Of a DNA stretch of 47,796 bases, positions 15,277 through 24,800 are shown one piece after another. The stretch covers positions 1 through 47,796 of the forward strand of contig DDLT01000235.1 of assembly GCA_002340265.1 (NCBI GenBank), written 5' to 3'. Made by a program: the position numbers and the translations under genes. The number at the start of each line of letters is the position of its first letter. Positions within the stretch are counted from its first letter, which is position 1. Below the pieces are notes generated by a model. The model was not told the origin of the DNA. It ran no database searches and was given only the letters and a program-made list of their open reading frames with translations. The stretch is from Lentisphaeria bacterium UBA2565 (GTDB lineage Bacteria; Verrucomicrobiota; Lentisphaeria; UBA2565).

Positions 15277-17529
15277 GTGATAAATATGAATAAACCTGAA
15301 CTTTTGGCTCCTGCCGGTAATCTGGCTTGTGCGCTTGCGGCTTTTGATGCGGGTGCGGATGCAGTTTATGCGGGATTGGACCGTTTTAATGCGCGTGAGA
15401 AGAGTGATAACTTTACCGCGGAACAGATGGGAAGTCTGATTGCTTATGCGCATCGTCATGCCCGCAAGGTGTATTTGACTTTGAATACGCTGGTGAAAGA
15501 GTCTGAACTTAAAGATGTGGTTGAGATGCTGGCGGAAATTGCATATTTGCGTCCGGATGCGGTGATTGTTCAGGATCTTGGTGTGATTTACATTCTTCGA
15601 AACTATTTTCCTGAGTTGACTATTCATGCATCGACACAGGTTGGTATTCACAACTCTGTCGGTATTAATGTGGCCAAACAGCTTGGTGCAGAACGTGTGA
15701 TTCTGGAACGTCAGGTGACTTTGACTGAACTTGATGAGCTGATGTCGAAGACTTCACTTGAAGTTGAGGTTTTTGTTCATGGCGCGCTTTGTTGTAGTGT
15801 GTCGGGCGGTTGTACTTTCTCATCATGGCTCGGCGGCTGGAGTGGTAATCGCGGTAAATGTAAACAGCCTTGCCGTCGTCGTTACTTTAACGAAAAGGGT
15901 AACGGCTTTTTCTTTTCTCCTCAAGATCTTTATACGCTTGATTTGATTCCACAGTTTAAGAAAATGGGCGTGGCATCGCTTAAAATTGAAGGCCGTTTGA
16001 AGAAACCGGACTATGTGACCCATGTGGTGAATGCGTATCGTATGATGATTGATAATGACGACGGTTCTAAGATTGGAGAAACGTTGAAGGCGGCTCGTGA
16101 GGAGCTTGCTAAAACTTCGGGAAGAAAGTGGTCGTCCGGTTTTTACACTGAGAAATCTCTCAAAAGTTTGATTAACTACACTCAGATTGGTGTGGCTGGA
16201 AATATCTGCGGTGAGGTGACTGATGTGAATGATAAGGCGTTCGCGGTGGATGTATCGCGTCGTCTGCACATTGGTGATCGTATTCGAATTCAACCTCGTT
16301 CGGGCGACGAAGGTACGGCGATGACTATCACGAAGATGTTTGTTGATAACCGCAGTGTGAAGAAGGCGGTTAAGGGCGAGCGTTGTGTGATTGCGTTTGA
16401 TCAGGCTAATAAAGTGCCGCGTGGACATGTGTATAAGATTGGTGTTTCGACGGATTCGATGGAATCTCGTATGAAGGTGTTACCTGAATTTAAGCCGTTG
16501 ATTGATCTCGATGTGGAAGTTTATGCGAATGAAGTTCGTGTGTTTGTGAAAGATCACTTTATCGAATGGAGCCACAAAGAGGTTTTTGCCCGCGCTGAGA
16601 AACGTCCTTGTACTGAGGAAACTTTTGTTGATGGCTTCAAGGCAACAGGCGACAGCAGCTTCACTCTTGGTAACTGTTCTGTGAAGTTTAATGGTGAATA
16701 CTTTGTGCCTGGCAGCGTGTTGAAACAGATTCGTAAGGCGTTTTGGTCATGGCTGGAATCGGAACTTTCTGTGGATGATATTCGTCTTGGGCAGCCGGGT
16801 TTGATGAAGTTTTACGAAGATTATAAGAAGTTTGACCTTGATGAAGACGCGGAGTTGAATATTTACGATCCGTCTTACGAGCGTCAGACTGATGTGTACT
16901 TTACGAAGCCGGAAAGTCATCTTCCAAAGAAGAAGTTTGATGTGTGTCGTTCGATTTTCTCTTATGACAAGAAGACGTCAGAAGTGGCATTACCGTTTTT
17001 CTGCTGTGAAGACCGTTTGGATAAGTTGCAGTCGCATATTGATCGAGCTTATGAATCGGGGATTCGCCGTTTCCGTGTGACGTCACTTTATCAGTTTGAC
17101 TTGTTGGCAAAATATTCGGATCTGAAACTTGCAGTTTCACATCCGTTCCCGATTACGAACTCTCTAGCTGTTCGTGTTCTTGACGAAGACTTTGGTGTGG
17201 CGAAGGCTCAGGCTTGGGTTGAATTGGACAAACATTCTATTAACCGTTTGGTTATGGCTTCGCCGATTAAGATTGAGATTTACAGATATGGACGAATCCC
17301 ATTGTTGATTACGCGTGCAGATATTCCTTACGAAGGGCGCATTTCTGACAGTCGTAAGAATCAGTTTGTGATTGTGAAAGATCGTTTCAGCAAGTTCAAT
17401 TACTTGTATGCTAAAGAGGTGATGATTATTCCAAAGGTGAATAATAGCGAAAACTATTATGACCTGACGAATGCGTCTTGGGGAGCAAAGGATGTGTCGA
17501 CATTCAACTTCGAGAAGGATTTCGTGTAA
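15277..17529 (+). CDS. peptidase U32 family protein, two-domain form with Fe-S cysteine cluster
   Basis: 750 aa. The N-terminus KPELLAPAGNL...AGADAVY and VHGALCCSVSGGCTFSSWLGGWSGNRGKCKQPCRRRY are classical U32 blocks. The C-terminal half is a degenerate second U32-like domain. The more likely start is the ATG at 15286. Confidence 0.9.
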   Translation: MINMNKPELLAPAGNLACALAAFDAGADAVYAGLDRFNAREKSDNFTAEQMGSLIAYAHRHARKVYLTLNTLVKESELKDVVEMLAEIAYLRPDAVIVQDLGVIYILRNYFPELTIHASTQVGIHNSVGINVAKQLGAERVILERQVTLTELDELMSKTSLEVEVFVHGALCCSVSGGCTFSSWLGGWSGNRGKCKQPCRRRYFNEKGNGFFFSPQDLYTLDLIPQFKKMGVASLKIEGRLKKPDYVTHVVNAYRMMIDNDDGSKIGETLKAAREELAKTSGRKWSSGFYTEKSLKSLINYTQIGVAGNICGEVTDVNDKAFAVDVSRRLHIGDRIRIQPRSGDEGTAMTITKMFVDNRSVKKAVKGERCVIAFDQANKVPRGHVYKIGVSTDSMESRMKVLPEFKPLIDLDVEVYANEVRVFVKDHFIEWSHKEVFARAEKRPCTEETFVDGFKATGDSSFTLGNCSVKFNGEYFVPGSVLKQIRKAFWSWLESELSVDDIRLGQPGLMKFYEDYKKFDLDEDAELNIYDPSYERQTDVYFTKPESHLPKKKFDVCRSIFSYDKKTSEVALPFFCCEDRLDKLQSHIDRAYESGIRRFRVTSLYQFDLLAKYSDLKLAVSHPFPITNSLAVRVLDEDFGVAKAQAWVELDKHSINRLVMASPIKIEIYRYGRIPLLITRADIPYEGRISDSRKNQFVIVKDRFSKFNYLYAKEVMIIPKVNNSENYYDLTNASWGAKDVSTFNFEKDFV

Positions 17530-18536
17530 TGGTTCGTCGCTTTCTGCTGCTTGTTTTAGCTGCTTTTGTCATTTCATGTGATTCTTCGAAACCTTACCAG
17601 CGTATAGAGGAGTTACTTGGAACTTTCGTGTCCGTTACTTTTTACGGTGATCGCGACGCTGCAGAGTCCGCTTCGGATGAAGTGTTTGAGTTTATTCAGG
17701 AGCTTCACAATTGTGTGAATATTTATGATAAGAAATCCGAACTATCGCAGTTGAACGCATCGGCTTTTGAAAAACCTGTTGTGTGTTCTGAACTTCTTTG
17801 GGACATTTTGCAGGATGCACGCTTTGGTTATGATATCTCAGAAGGTTACTTTGATGTGACTAGCGGCCCGTTGATGAAGCTTTGGGGATTTCACCGAAAG
17901 CGTTCGACTTGGCCGACTGAAAAGGAAGTCGCTGAAGCATTGAACAAGGTTGGGCTTTCTAAAGTGGTGTTTGATGAGAAAGCACGTTCGGTTTTCTTCA
18001 AAGAAAAAGGGATGGTTCTGGATTTTGGAGGAATTGCCAAAGGTTATGCGTTGGATCGCTGCAAAGCAATTGCTGAAAAGTATGGCATCGAGGTTGGGCT
18101 GATTGATCTTGGCGGAAATGTATACTGCTTTCCAACGGCACCTGATGGGCGTGACTCATATAATGTAGGTATTCGTCATCCACGTACGCGTGGTTTGCAT
18201 GATGCATTGCAACTGACAGACAGTTTTGTGGCAACAAGCGGTGATTATGAACGTTTTGTAGAGATTGATGGTAAGCGTGTGACGCATATTGTTAATCCTA
18301 AAACAGGTTATCCTGTAGAAAAGGTGGCTTCGGTTTCTGTTGTGACCGAAAAAGGAGTCTATTCTGATATCTTTTCGACGGCTATTTTTGTCGGAGGGAA
18401 AGAAATTTCTGAAAAAGTTGTAAAAAAATACCCTTCAACTCAGTATATGATAGTGGGAGTTGACGGCGTTGACAATTTTTCATTTTCGTTTCACGGTGAT
18501 GTTTGGCATGAAAATTGGATAAAAGACGCACAGTAA
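17529..18536 (+). CDS. apbE: FAD:protein FMN transferase ApbE, lipoprotein
   Basis: The ATG overlaps the U32 stop (TAATG). Lipobox LAAFVISC, then GGIAKGYALD and TSGDYERF blocks. The ORF-track start at 17478 lies inside the U32 gene and is unlikely. Confidence 0.9.
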   Translation: MVRRFLLLVLAAFVISCDSSKPYQRIEELLGTFVSVTFYGDRDAAESASDEVFEFIQELHNCVNIYDKKSELSQLNASAFEKPVVCSELLWDILQDARFGYDISEGYFDVTSGPLMKLWGFHRKRSTWPTEKEVAEALNKVGLSKVVFDEKARSVFFKEKGMVLDFGGIAKGYALDRCKAIAEKYGIEVGLIDLGGNVYCFPTAPDGRDSYNVGIRHPRTRGLHDALQLTDSFVATSGDYERFVEIDGKRVTHIVNPKTGYPVEKVASVSVVTEKGVYSDIFSTAIFVGGKEISEKVVKKYPSTQYMIVGVDGVDNFSFSFHGDVWHENWIKDAQ

Positions 18537-18611
18537 AGCTTCTTTATATTTTCTTGGGGAATCAGATCGATAATTATAATGTTAATATTTAAGCGAATCA
18601 GTTAGATACAG

Positions 18612-19754
18612 ATGAAAAGTGATTTTAAAATTTATGAACCGATAATCAGAGGTTCACACGGAAAACTGAAGCTCAATCATGTAGATTGGAAACAGAGTGT
18701 GGTTGTTCGTACGCCGAATTGGCTTGGTGATGCTTTAATGACGCTTCCTGCACTTTATCAACTGCGTAAAGTGATTCCGAAGAATGTGACATTTGATGTG
18801 GTTTGTCCGAGAAAACTTGCCAGCTTTTGGCAATGTGTGCCTTGGGTTGATAATATCATCGCTTTTCCGGGGCGGCGTGTAAATAGTGAAATTCGTGAGC
18901 GTATGATTAAACCGTTGAACCCTGGTGTGGCTGTGATTATGCCAAATTCGTTTGGTTCAGCAAAAGATATGTATATGCCGGGAGTTGTTCCTGTTCGTCT
19001 TGGTAGAAAAGGTAATCTACGCGGTGCACTTCTAAGTCATCGTTTGCCACAGTTTGTCCGTAAAAAAGGTAAAGATACGCATCATCAGGTAAGTGAGTAT
19101 TTTGATCTTGTGGAACCTTTTGGACGTATCGAGCGTTCTGTGGAGTTTCCTTTTTTGAATGTTGATGTGATGTTTTCTGACTCTTTTGCCTTTGAAATGC
19201 AGTTTCTTCTTGATGTGGAAGAGGAGGGGCGCCCGATTCTTGTGATGGCTCCTGGCGCGGCTTTCGGGCCTGCAAAACAGTGGCCGATTAGCAATTATAC
19301 TGAAGTGGCTAAAAGCTGGACTGCCGGCGGTGGTGCGGTTCTTATTGTGGGAACTGAGTCTGAACGTGTTCTAGGAAATCTGATTGCTGAAAGTTGCGGT
19401 CATGTTTATAATCTGGCTGGTCAGACTGATTTGAAAGAGTTGATTGCAATTCTTCAGATGGCGGATGTCTGTTTGTGTAATGACAGCGGTGCAATGCACC
19501 TTGCAGCTGCCTGCGGTTCAAAAGGTGTGGCAATTTTCGGTTCAACCTCTCCTGTGGCAACTGGCCCGATTGGCGGAACTTGGGTGATTGCTCAGCATCA
19601 CATGCCATGTTCTCCTTGCCTTGAACGTGAATGCCCGTTGCAGGTTAATAAATACCGTTGCTTAACTTCTATTACATCAGACGACGTTTACGAAGCTCTT
19701 TGTGACCTGATGATTTATTCTGTTGGTGATAAGTCGTCTGAACCTTCTTTCTAA
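18612..19754 (+). CDS. waaF: GT9 ADP-heptose:LPS heptosyltransferase (type II-like)
   Basis: VVVRTPNWLGDALMTLPAL N-terminal motif, CNDSGAMHLAAA block, 380 aa. The subtype (WaaF versus WaaC or WaaQ) is not certain. Confidence 0.8.
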   Translation: MKSDFKIYEPIIRGSHGKLKLNHVDWKQSVVVRTPNWLGDALMTLPALYQLRKVIPKNVTFDVVCPRKLASFWQCVPWVDNIIAFPGRRVNSEIRERMIKPLNPGVAVIMPNSFGSAKDMYMPGVVPVRLGRKGNLRGALLSHRLPQFVRKKGKDTHHQVSEYFDLVEPFGRIERSVEFPFLNVDVMFSDSFAFEMQFLLDVEEEGRPILVMAPGAAFGPAKQWPISNYTEVAKSWTAGGGAVLIVGTESERVLGNLIAESCGHVYNLAGQTDLKELIAILQMADVCLCNDSGAMHLAAACGSKGVAIFGSTSPVATGPIGGTWVIAQHHMPCSPCLERECPLQVNKYRCLTSITSDDVYEALCDLMIYSVGDKSSEPSF

Positions 19755-19773
19755 AAGCACTATTTAGACTTTC

Positions 19774-20964
19774 CTAAGACCACTTACCTTCACAGATATT
19801 TGGTGAGAAGAATGGTTCGTGATGATCTGTGATTGTCAGCATTGTCATTGCATAGTTCTGATAAACTCTTTCCCCGCTCATTTTATCACTGATTTGCATG
19901 GTGATATAGGCTTTTTCAACGCCAAGCATGACTTTGGGCACTTCCACTGAAAAATTGAACTTCTCTTGATCTTTTATCAATAGTTGCTGTTTATCCGCAG
20001 ACGATGAAACTACTGCAAGATTCTCTAAGTTTAGCGACAGAAAGTATAGACGAATTTCTACTTCTGCGTCTTTGTTTGAGAAGCCATTTACTGAAATTTT
20101 TAGTGAGTCACCAAACTTCACACTACTTTGCTTTTCAAGTTCCGAATCGTTAATATGAATTGCTTCGACATCAATATGCGATTTCTGTTCAATTTTAGGT
20201 TTGATTTGTCTGAACAGTTCAAGATATTTTTCGATTCCAGTCGCGATGTCATCGTATTCATGAATGACTTTTCCCTGATCCATTAAAATTACACGGTCAC
20301 AGATTCTATTTACAGAGTGGATGTTGTGAGAAATGAAAATGACCGCAGCGTTTTCACAAATTTGTTTTATCTTTGCAAAGCATTTATTTCTGAAACCAGC
20401 ATCGCCAACAGCTAGCACTTCATCAATTACCAGCACATCCGGTTCGGTATGAACTGCGATTGAGAAGCCGAGGCGTGCAACCATTCCCGAACTATAGGTT
20501 TGAACTGGACTGTCGATGGAATCTCGTATTTCAGCGAAGTCGATAATCTCATCAATTTTAAGATCGACCTCTTTTTTAGACATTCCAAGAATTGCCCCTT
20601 TTATGTAGATATTCTCACGACCTGTCAAAAGGGTATTGAAGCCCGCTGTCAACTGAATAAGTGCACAGACACGACCTTTCACAGATATATGACCGGTTTC
20701 CGGTTTCAGTAAGCCGATAAGCATTTTAAGAAGCGTGCTTTTTCCTGCACCATTGGGCCCGATAATACCGACGCACTCTCCGCGAGAAATGTTGAAGTTA
20801 ACATTTCGAACTGCGTAAAAGTCATGCTTCCTTAATTCATCATTTTTCCTGATCCCGAGAACCTCTTTACAGATGTCGGTCAATCCGTACCACAGTGAGG
20901 TTTTAAAGTCACGGCAGAACTTTTTGCTGATGTTATTAACTTTTACTAGTGTGTCGTTGTTCAT
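19774..20964 (-). CDS. polysaccharide/O-antigen ABC exporter ATPase (Wzt/TagH type) with C-terminal beta-sandwich domain
   Basis: Walker A GPNGAGKST, signature YSSGM, Walker B VLVIDE, plus a roughly 150-aa C-terminal extension as in Wzt. Confidence 0.9.
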   Translation of the reverse strand: MNNDTLVKVNNISKKFCRDFKTSLWYGLTDICKEVLGIRKNDELRKHDFYAVRNVNFNISRGECVGIIGPNGAGKSTLLKMLIGLLKPETGHISVKGRVCALIQLTAGFNTLLTGRENIYIKGAILGMSKKEVDLKIDEIIDFAEIRDSIDSPVQTYSSGMVARLGFSIAVHTEPDVLVIDEVLAVGDAGFRNKCFAKIKQICENAAVIFISHNIHSVNRICDRVILMDQGKVIHEYDDIATGIEKYLELFRQIKPKIEQKSHIDVEAIHINDSELEKQSSVKFGDSLKISVNGFSNKDAEVEIRLYFLSLNLENLAVVSSSADKQQLLIKDQEKFNFSVEVPKVMLGVEKAYITMQISDKMSGERVYQNYAMTMLTITDHHEPFFSPNICEGKWS

Positions 20965-20973
20965 AAATATCTA

Positions 20974-21834
20974 TTAGTTTGAAATACGTTCAATAAGGTG
21001 AGGAAGCGTCAGTTTTATAATGACCCACCCAGAAAAGAATATTAAAAGTGATGCAAAGGCAATAAGTCCAAATTGAACAGTCATCAATTCTCCTGTCCCC
21101 GTGAGCCATGCTCTTCCAGTTGTAAGTATTGGAGTTACTGGGTTCAGTTCTGTCAACTTTGCTACAAAACCATTAAAAGGTTTTGGATATACAATTGGCG
21201 TTAAATAAAACCAAAATTGGACCGCAAAGCCCAACACTCTTGACACATCATGATATAAAACTCCTACAGGAACCAGTAAAGTTCCAATTGAGGTTCCAAG
21301 AAGTATTAGAGCGAATATTGCTAAGGGGAATAGTAGAATCGAAGAAGAAAAAGAGATAGGGCTGAAAGCCATTACGATTACGATAATGATAAAGCGAATG
21401 ATAGAGTTGAATAAAACGCTACCAAGTCCGGAAATAAGTAAGGCTTCACGTGGGAAGTCTATTTTGGCAAGCATATTTTTTGCTCCGAGGAAACTGTTTA
21501 TAGGCGTGGATAGCGATTCGGCAAAACATTTCCAAAGCAGTGTTCCGATAAGCACGAAAACAGGGTAGGGGATTTCCGGTTCGGCGATATTGATAATATT
21601 GCTGGATTTTAGCAGTGTCCAGATTCCGGCAGTCACCAAAGCTGGAACAAAAATCCAGATAAAGCCGAGAAGGCTATGACGATATTGTGCAGATATGTTT
21701 CTGTGAAAAAGCCTCCAGGAAAGTTCTCGGGAGGCTATGAAGTCGTCTTTAATCTCTTTTAGGAGTTTTAGCGGAGATTTTATCAAAGGCTCGGAACTAT
21801 TGATCTGTTCCGAGCTTTTTTTATAGTTATGCAT
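20974..21834 (-). CDS. ABC-2 type polysaccharide exporter permease (Wzm/TagG type)
   Basis: 286 aa with six predicted TM segments. It lies directly upstream of the Wzt-like ATPase with a 9-nt gap. Confidence 0.85.
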   Translation of the reverse strand: MHNYKKSSEQINSSEPLIKSPLKLLKEIKDDFIASRELSWRLFHRNISAQYRHSLLGFIWIFVPALVTAGIWTLLKSSNIINIAEPEIPYPVFVLIGTLLWKCFAESLSTPINSFLGAKNMLAKIDFPREALLISGLGSVLFNSIIRFIIIVIVMAFSPISFSSSILLFPLAIFALILLGTSIGTLLVPVGVLYHDVSRVLGFAVQFWFYLTPIVYPKPFNGFVAKLTELNPVTPILTTGRAWLTGTGELMTVQFGLIAFASLLIFFSGWVIIKLTLPHLIERISN

Positions 21835-21843
21835 ATACCAATT

Positions 21844-24800
21844 CTATTTTAGAATTAAATCTTCATCTTCAGTCGTTGAATTGAAAATCCAGTAGCCAGT
21901 TGCAGGAAGCAGGAAGTCTCCATTGTTAAGCGGAGCATAGTCTTGGGCTCCATGGTTCCACTCGTTGGCATTTTGCATTGTACTTTTACTGTTATATAAA
22001 TATCTTGCAGCTGGTCCAACTAAATTCCAACCAGGCTTAACGGTAACTGTTTTGATACTGTATATTCCAGAGAATTTAATTGGTTCCACTGGGATATTTA
22101 CGCAAAATGCCCAGAAGCCCGTTAATGGCTGTAATTTAGACTTAAGAAAGTCAAGGTTTACTTGGTTGATTACGTCTCCTTTGCTATCCCATATACTGTC
22201 GATAGTAGACTTAGCAACCGTATCATAAGTTTGGTTAGTCGGGGTATATATAGAGATGCTTTCAACATATGACATCATTTCGTGTAATTTTGTTTCATCA
22301 ATTTCATTTGGTAATGAAATCATATTCCAGCCAATTTGTAAATCAAGGTCAAATTCGTAGGGGTGAGTCCCATTGGTGAATTCATCATAATCACTGATAC
22401 CATCACCGTCTGAGTCTTGGTTGCCGCCACTAGATAGTTCGGTACTTCCAAAATATATTTCTTCCCACATATCTGATATAGAGTCATTATCTAGGTCACT
22501 GTCAAAGCTTGCAGAGTTTCGCCAAAATATCGTAGTTTTGGTTACTGACGAGTTACCTAGGGTGTCATATGCGAAAAAATGAAGATCATAACGCCCATAG
22601 TTCATCTCGGGGAAATCTTCTGCCTTAAAGTAGTATTCTGGTATTGCTAAAAGTGAATCGATACTATTTGACTCGAAGACTTTGCCTGTTTTGTCACTTG
22701 TAAGAGTAAATCGATAACCTGCTATTTCACTACCACTATCTCCAGCAGTACTACCTTCACAGTAAATTTGGCTGTCAATGATACCAACGCCAGAGTGGGC
22801 TCTAGCTTCATCCCATGTTGGCCTTAAAATCAATGGGCTATTCGGTCCTGTTCTATCAACGTTGAAAGTATGTTTGCTCCATAAAAGTTGTTCATCATTC
22901 AAGGTACCCCCCGAATCTTCTGGATTAATTTTGGTATAAACTTTCATGGTAACGTTAAACAATTCTGATACAGAACTTATATCAATGTCAAGTTCAGTCC
23001 CACCGTTGATAAGTTCCGCTTTTTGCTCATCTGATAATGTCGTTACATAAATCGGGTCTAGATCACCGCTTTCTGATGCGTGATAACTGATGTTTATTCT
23101 GTTGAGGTAAGCCTCAGGGATATTGTTCTCCCAGTCACCCTTTAGGGTTAACGAGATTGAGTTTTTGTAGGAAGAGTTAGTTCCAAGTTTAGCTGATCGC
23201 GGTTTTTCTCCACGAACTTGTACTGACGGATCTCCAAAAAAGTGATACATCTTATTATTTTGGTCATAAGTCGTGTATTTTTTCGCATATTCATAAACTT
23301 CGCCCCAGGTTATTGACTCATCTGTTGAAATTTTGTGCACTATTTTATTTGCAAAGTTAGCTTCCCAAGATGCTCCAGCCAAACTACTTGCTGCTATGAT
23401 ATTAACTGCACCTTTTCGGTGATCCCCAGGAGCTGTGATATTGTCTCCTGTCTCGGATGCAAGCTTTCCTGCAATATATTGATAGCACAATGGAGCATAA
23501 TACGCTGAGTACTTTGCATTATGGTAACTTGCCATAAAGAAGCGACCTGTATTACAGGTAGCCCATACAAAACATCCAGGTTTTGTAATACCGAAATTGT
23601 TACTTTCACCATTGTTATCATCCTTATAGTCAATGGACTTAAGAACCTTATAGTTATCTAGGAATTCAGATGCCCCATGCCCTTGATAAATTGAGTTTGT
23701 AATCCCGGTTATATTAGAATTTATGATTTTACCATTCATTTTATCTGCCCCAGTATAAGGCGTTGTACTCGAGTTATCGTCAGTTATGGCTTCATTAACA
23801 TCGTCAAGCATGATAGTAGGTAGCTTATCCCCATGGTGCTTCAATTGTTTCTCGGAAAAGGATGCCCCCTCGTTTTCACCGGCCAAGAGAGAAAAGGTAT
23901 CAGGCGCCTTATAGTCAATACGCTTTTTTAGCCAGGATGTTAGGTCTGACTCTGTATAAACAGGAAGGCGAGCAATTACTTTGTCAAGCTTATTCCAGTT
24001 GCAGTATATATCATCACTACTAGTGAAACCTCCCTGAGAACTATAGAAATAACCTGTTGGTACCCCAGGTGTTTGTACATGGTATTTAACAGGAGAATTT
24101 TTCTTGTAGTCAGGAGAGGTAGAACTGACTAAGAGGACATTTCTCAAGTGTGGGTTTTGATTCAGAAAGTTGATAATCCCATGAGGCCCATAAATCCCAC
24201 CTCCGTAAACATCAATAATTTGTTCAATTGTAACATATATGGGGCTAACGCCTGCAATTTCGTGAACCGCTTGAATCTTCGGCTCAGTTGTATCTCCGTC
24301 TTCGTCAATGTCAGTTGTATCCTTTAGCTCATGCCAAATTTTATAAAGATCTGAACTTATATAACTACTGTTATTTTGCCAAGGAGCTAAAGTATAATCG
24401 GAGAAGTCATCTTCTCCCGGTAACTTAGTTTGTCTTAATTGCTGGAAATAGTTATAATCGCTAGGAATTATCGCAACGTAGTCCTTTTGGTTTGTGTTTA
24501 CTGCCCTTAGCTCTTTTTCTTCATCAAATGTTAGGGGACTGGAGCTCCCTCTAACGGGCCCTGATGTTACGTGTATGCTTTTGAAAGTCCCCGGTATAGT
24601 GAAAATGTTTGAATCATTTTTTGAGCCTATTAATGATTCTTTACCGACTTTATTTCCCATGTTAACTGCTATGTTTGCATTGTATAGCCTAATAGTTCCG
24701 CTGTACTCTTCAGCCACTTTTATGTTGAGATGCGGTGGCAGGGCTCCATATTCACTGTTAGGAAGGTCTGTGTTCACTTTAGCAGGCTCAAGTTTATATC

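Noticed and set aside
15429-15439. 11-nt match (GGGAAGTCTGA) to the island motif inside the U32 coding sequence
   Set aside because: The match is short, lies within a conserved coding region, and its flanks do not match the 21-mer. It is most likely coincidence.
13398-16428. Long antisense ORFs (13398-14192 of 264 aa; 15253-15651; 15823-16428)
   Set aside because: These are shadow ORFs opposite well-supported genes (hydrolase, U32). Their products are H/R/N/I-rich low-complexity strings, caused by the G/T-rich codon usage of the sense strand.
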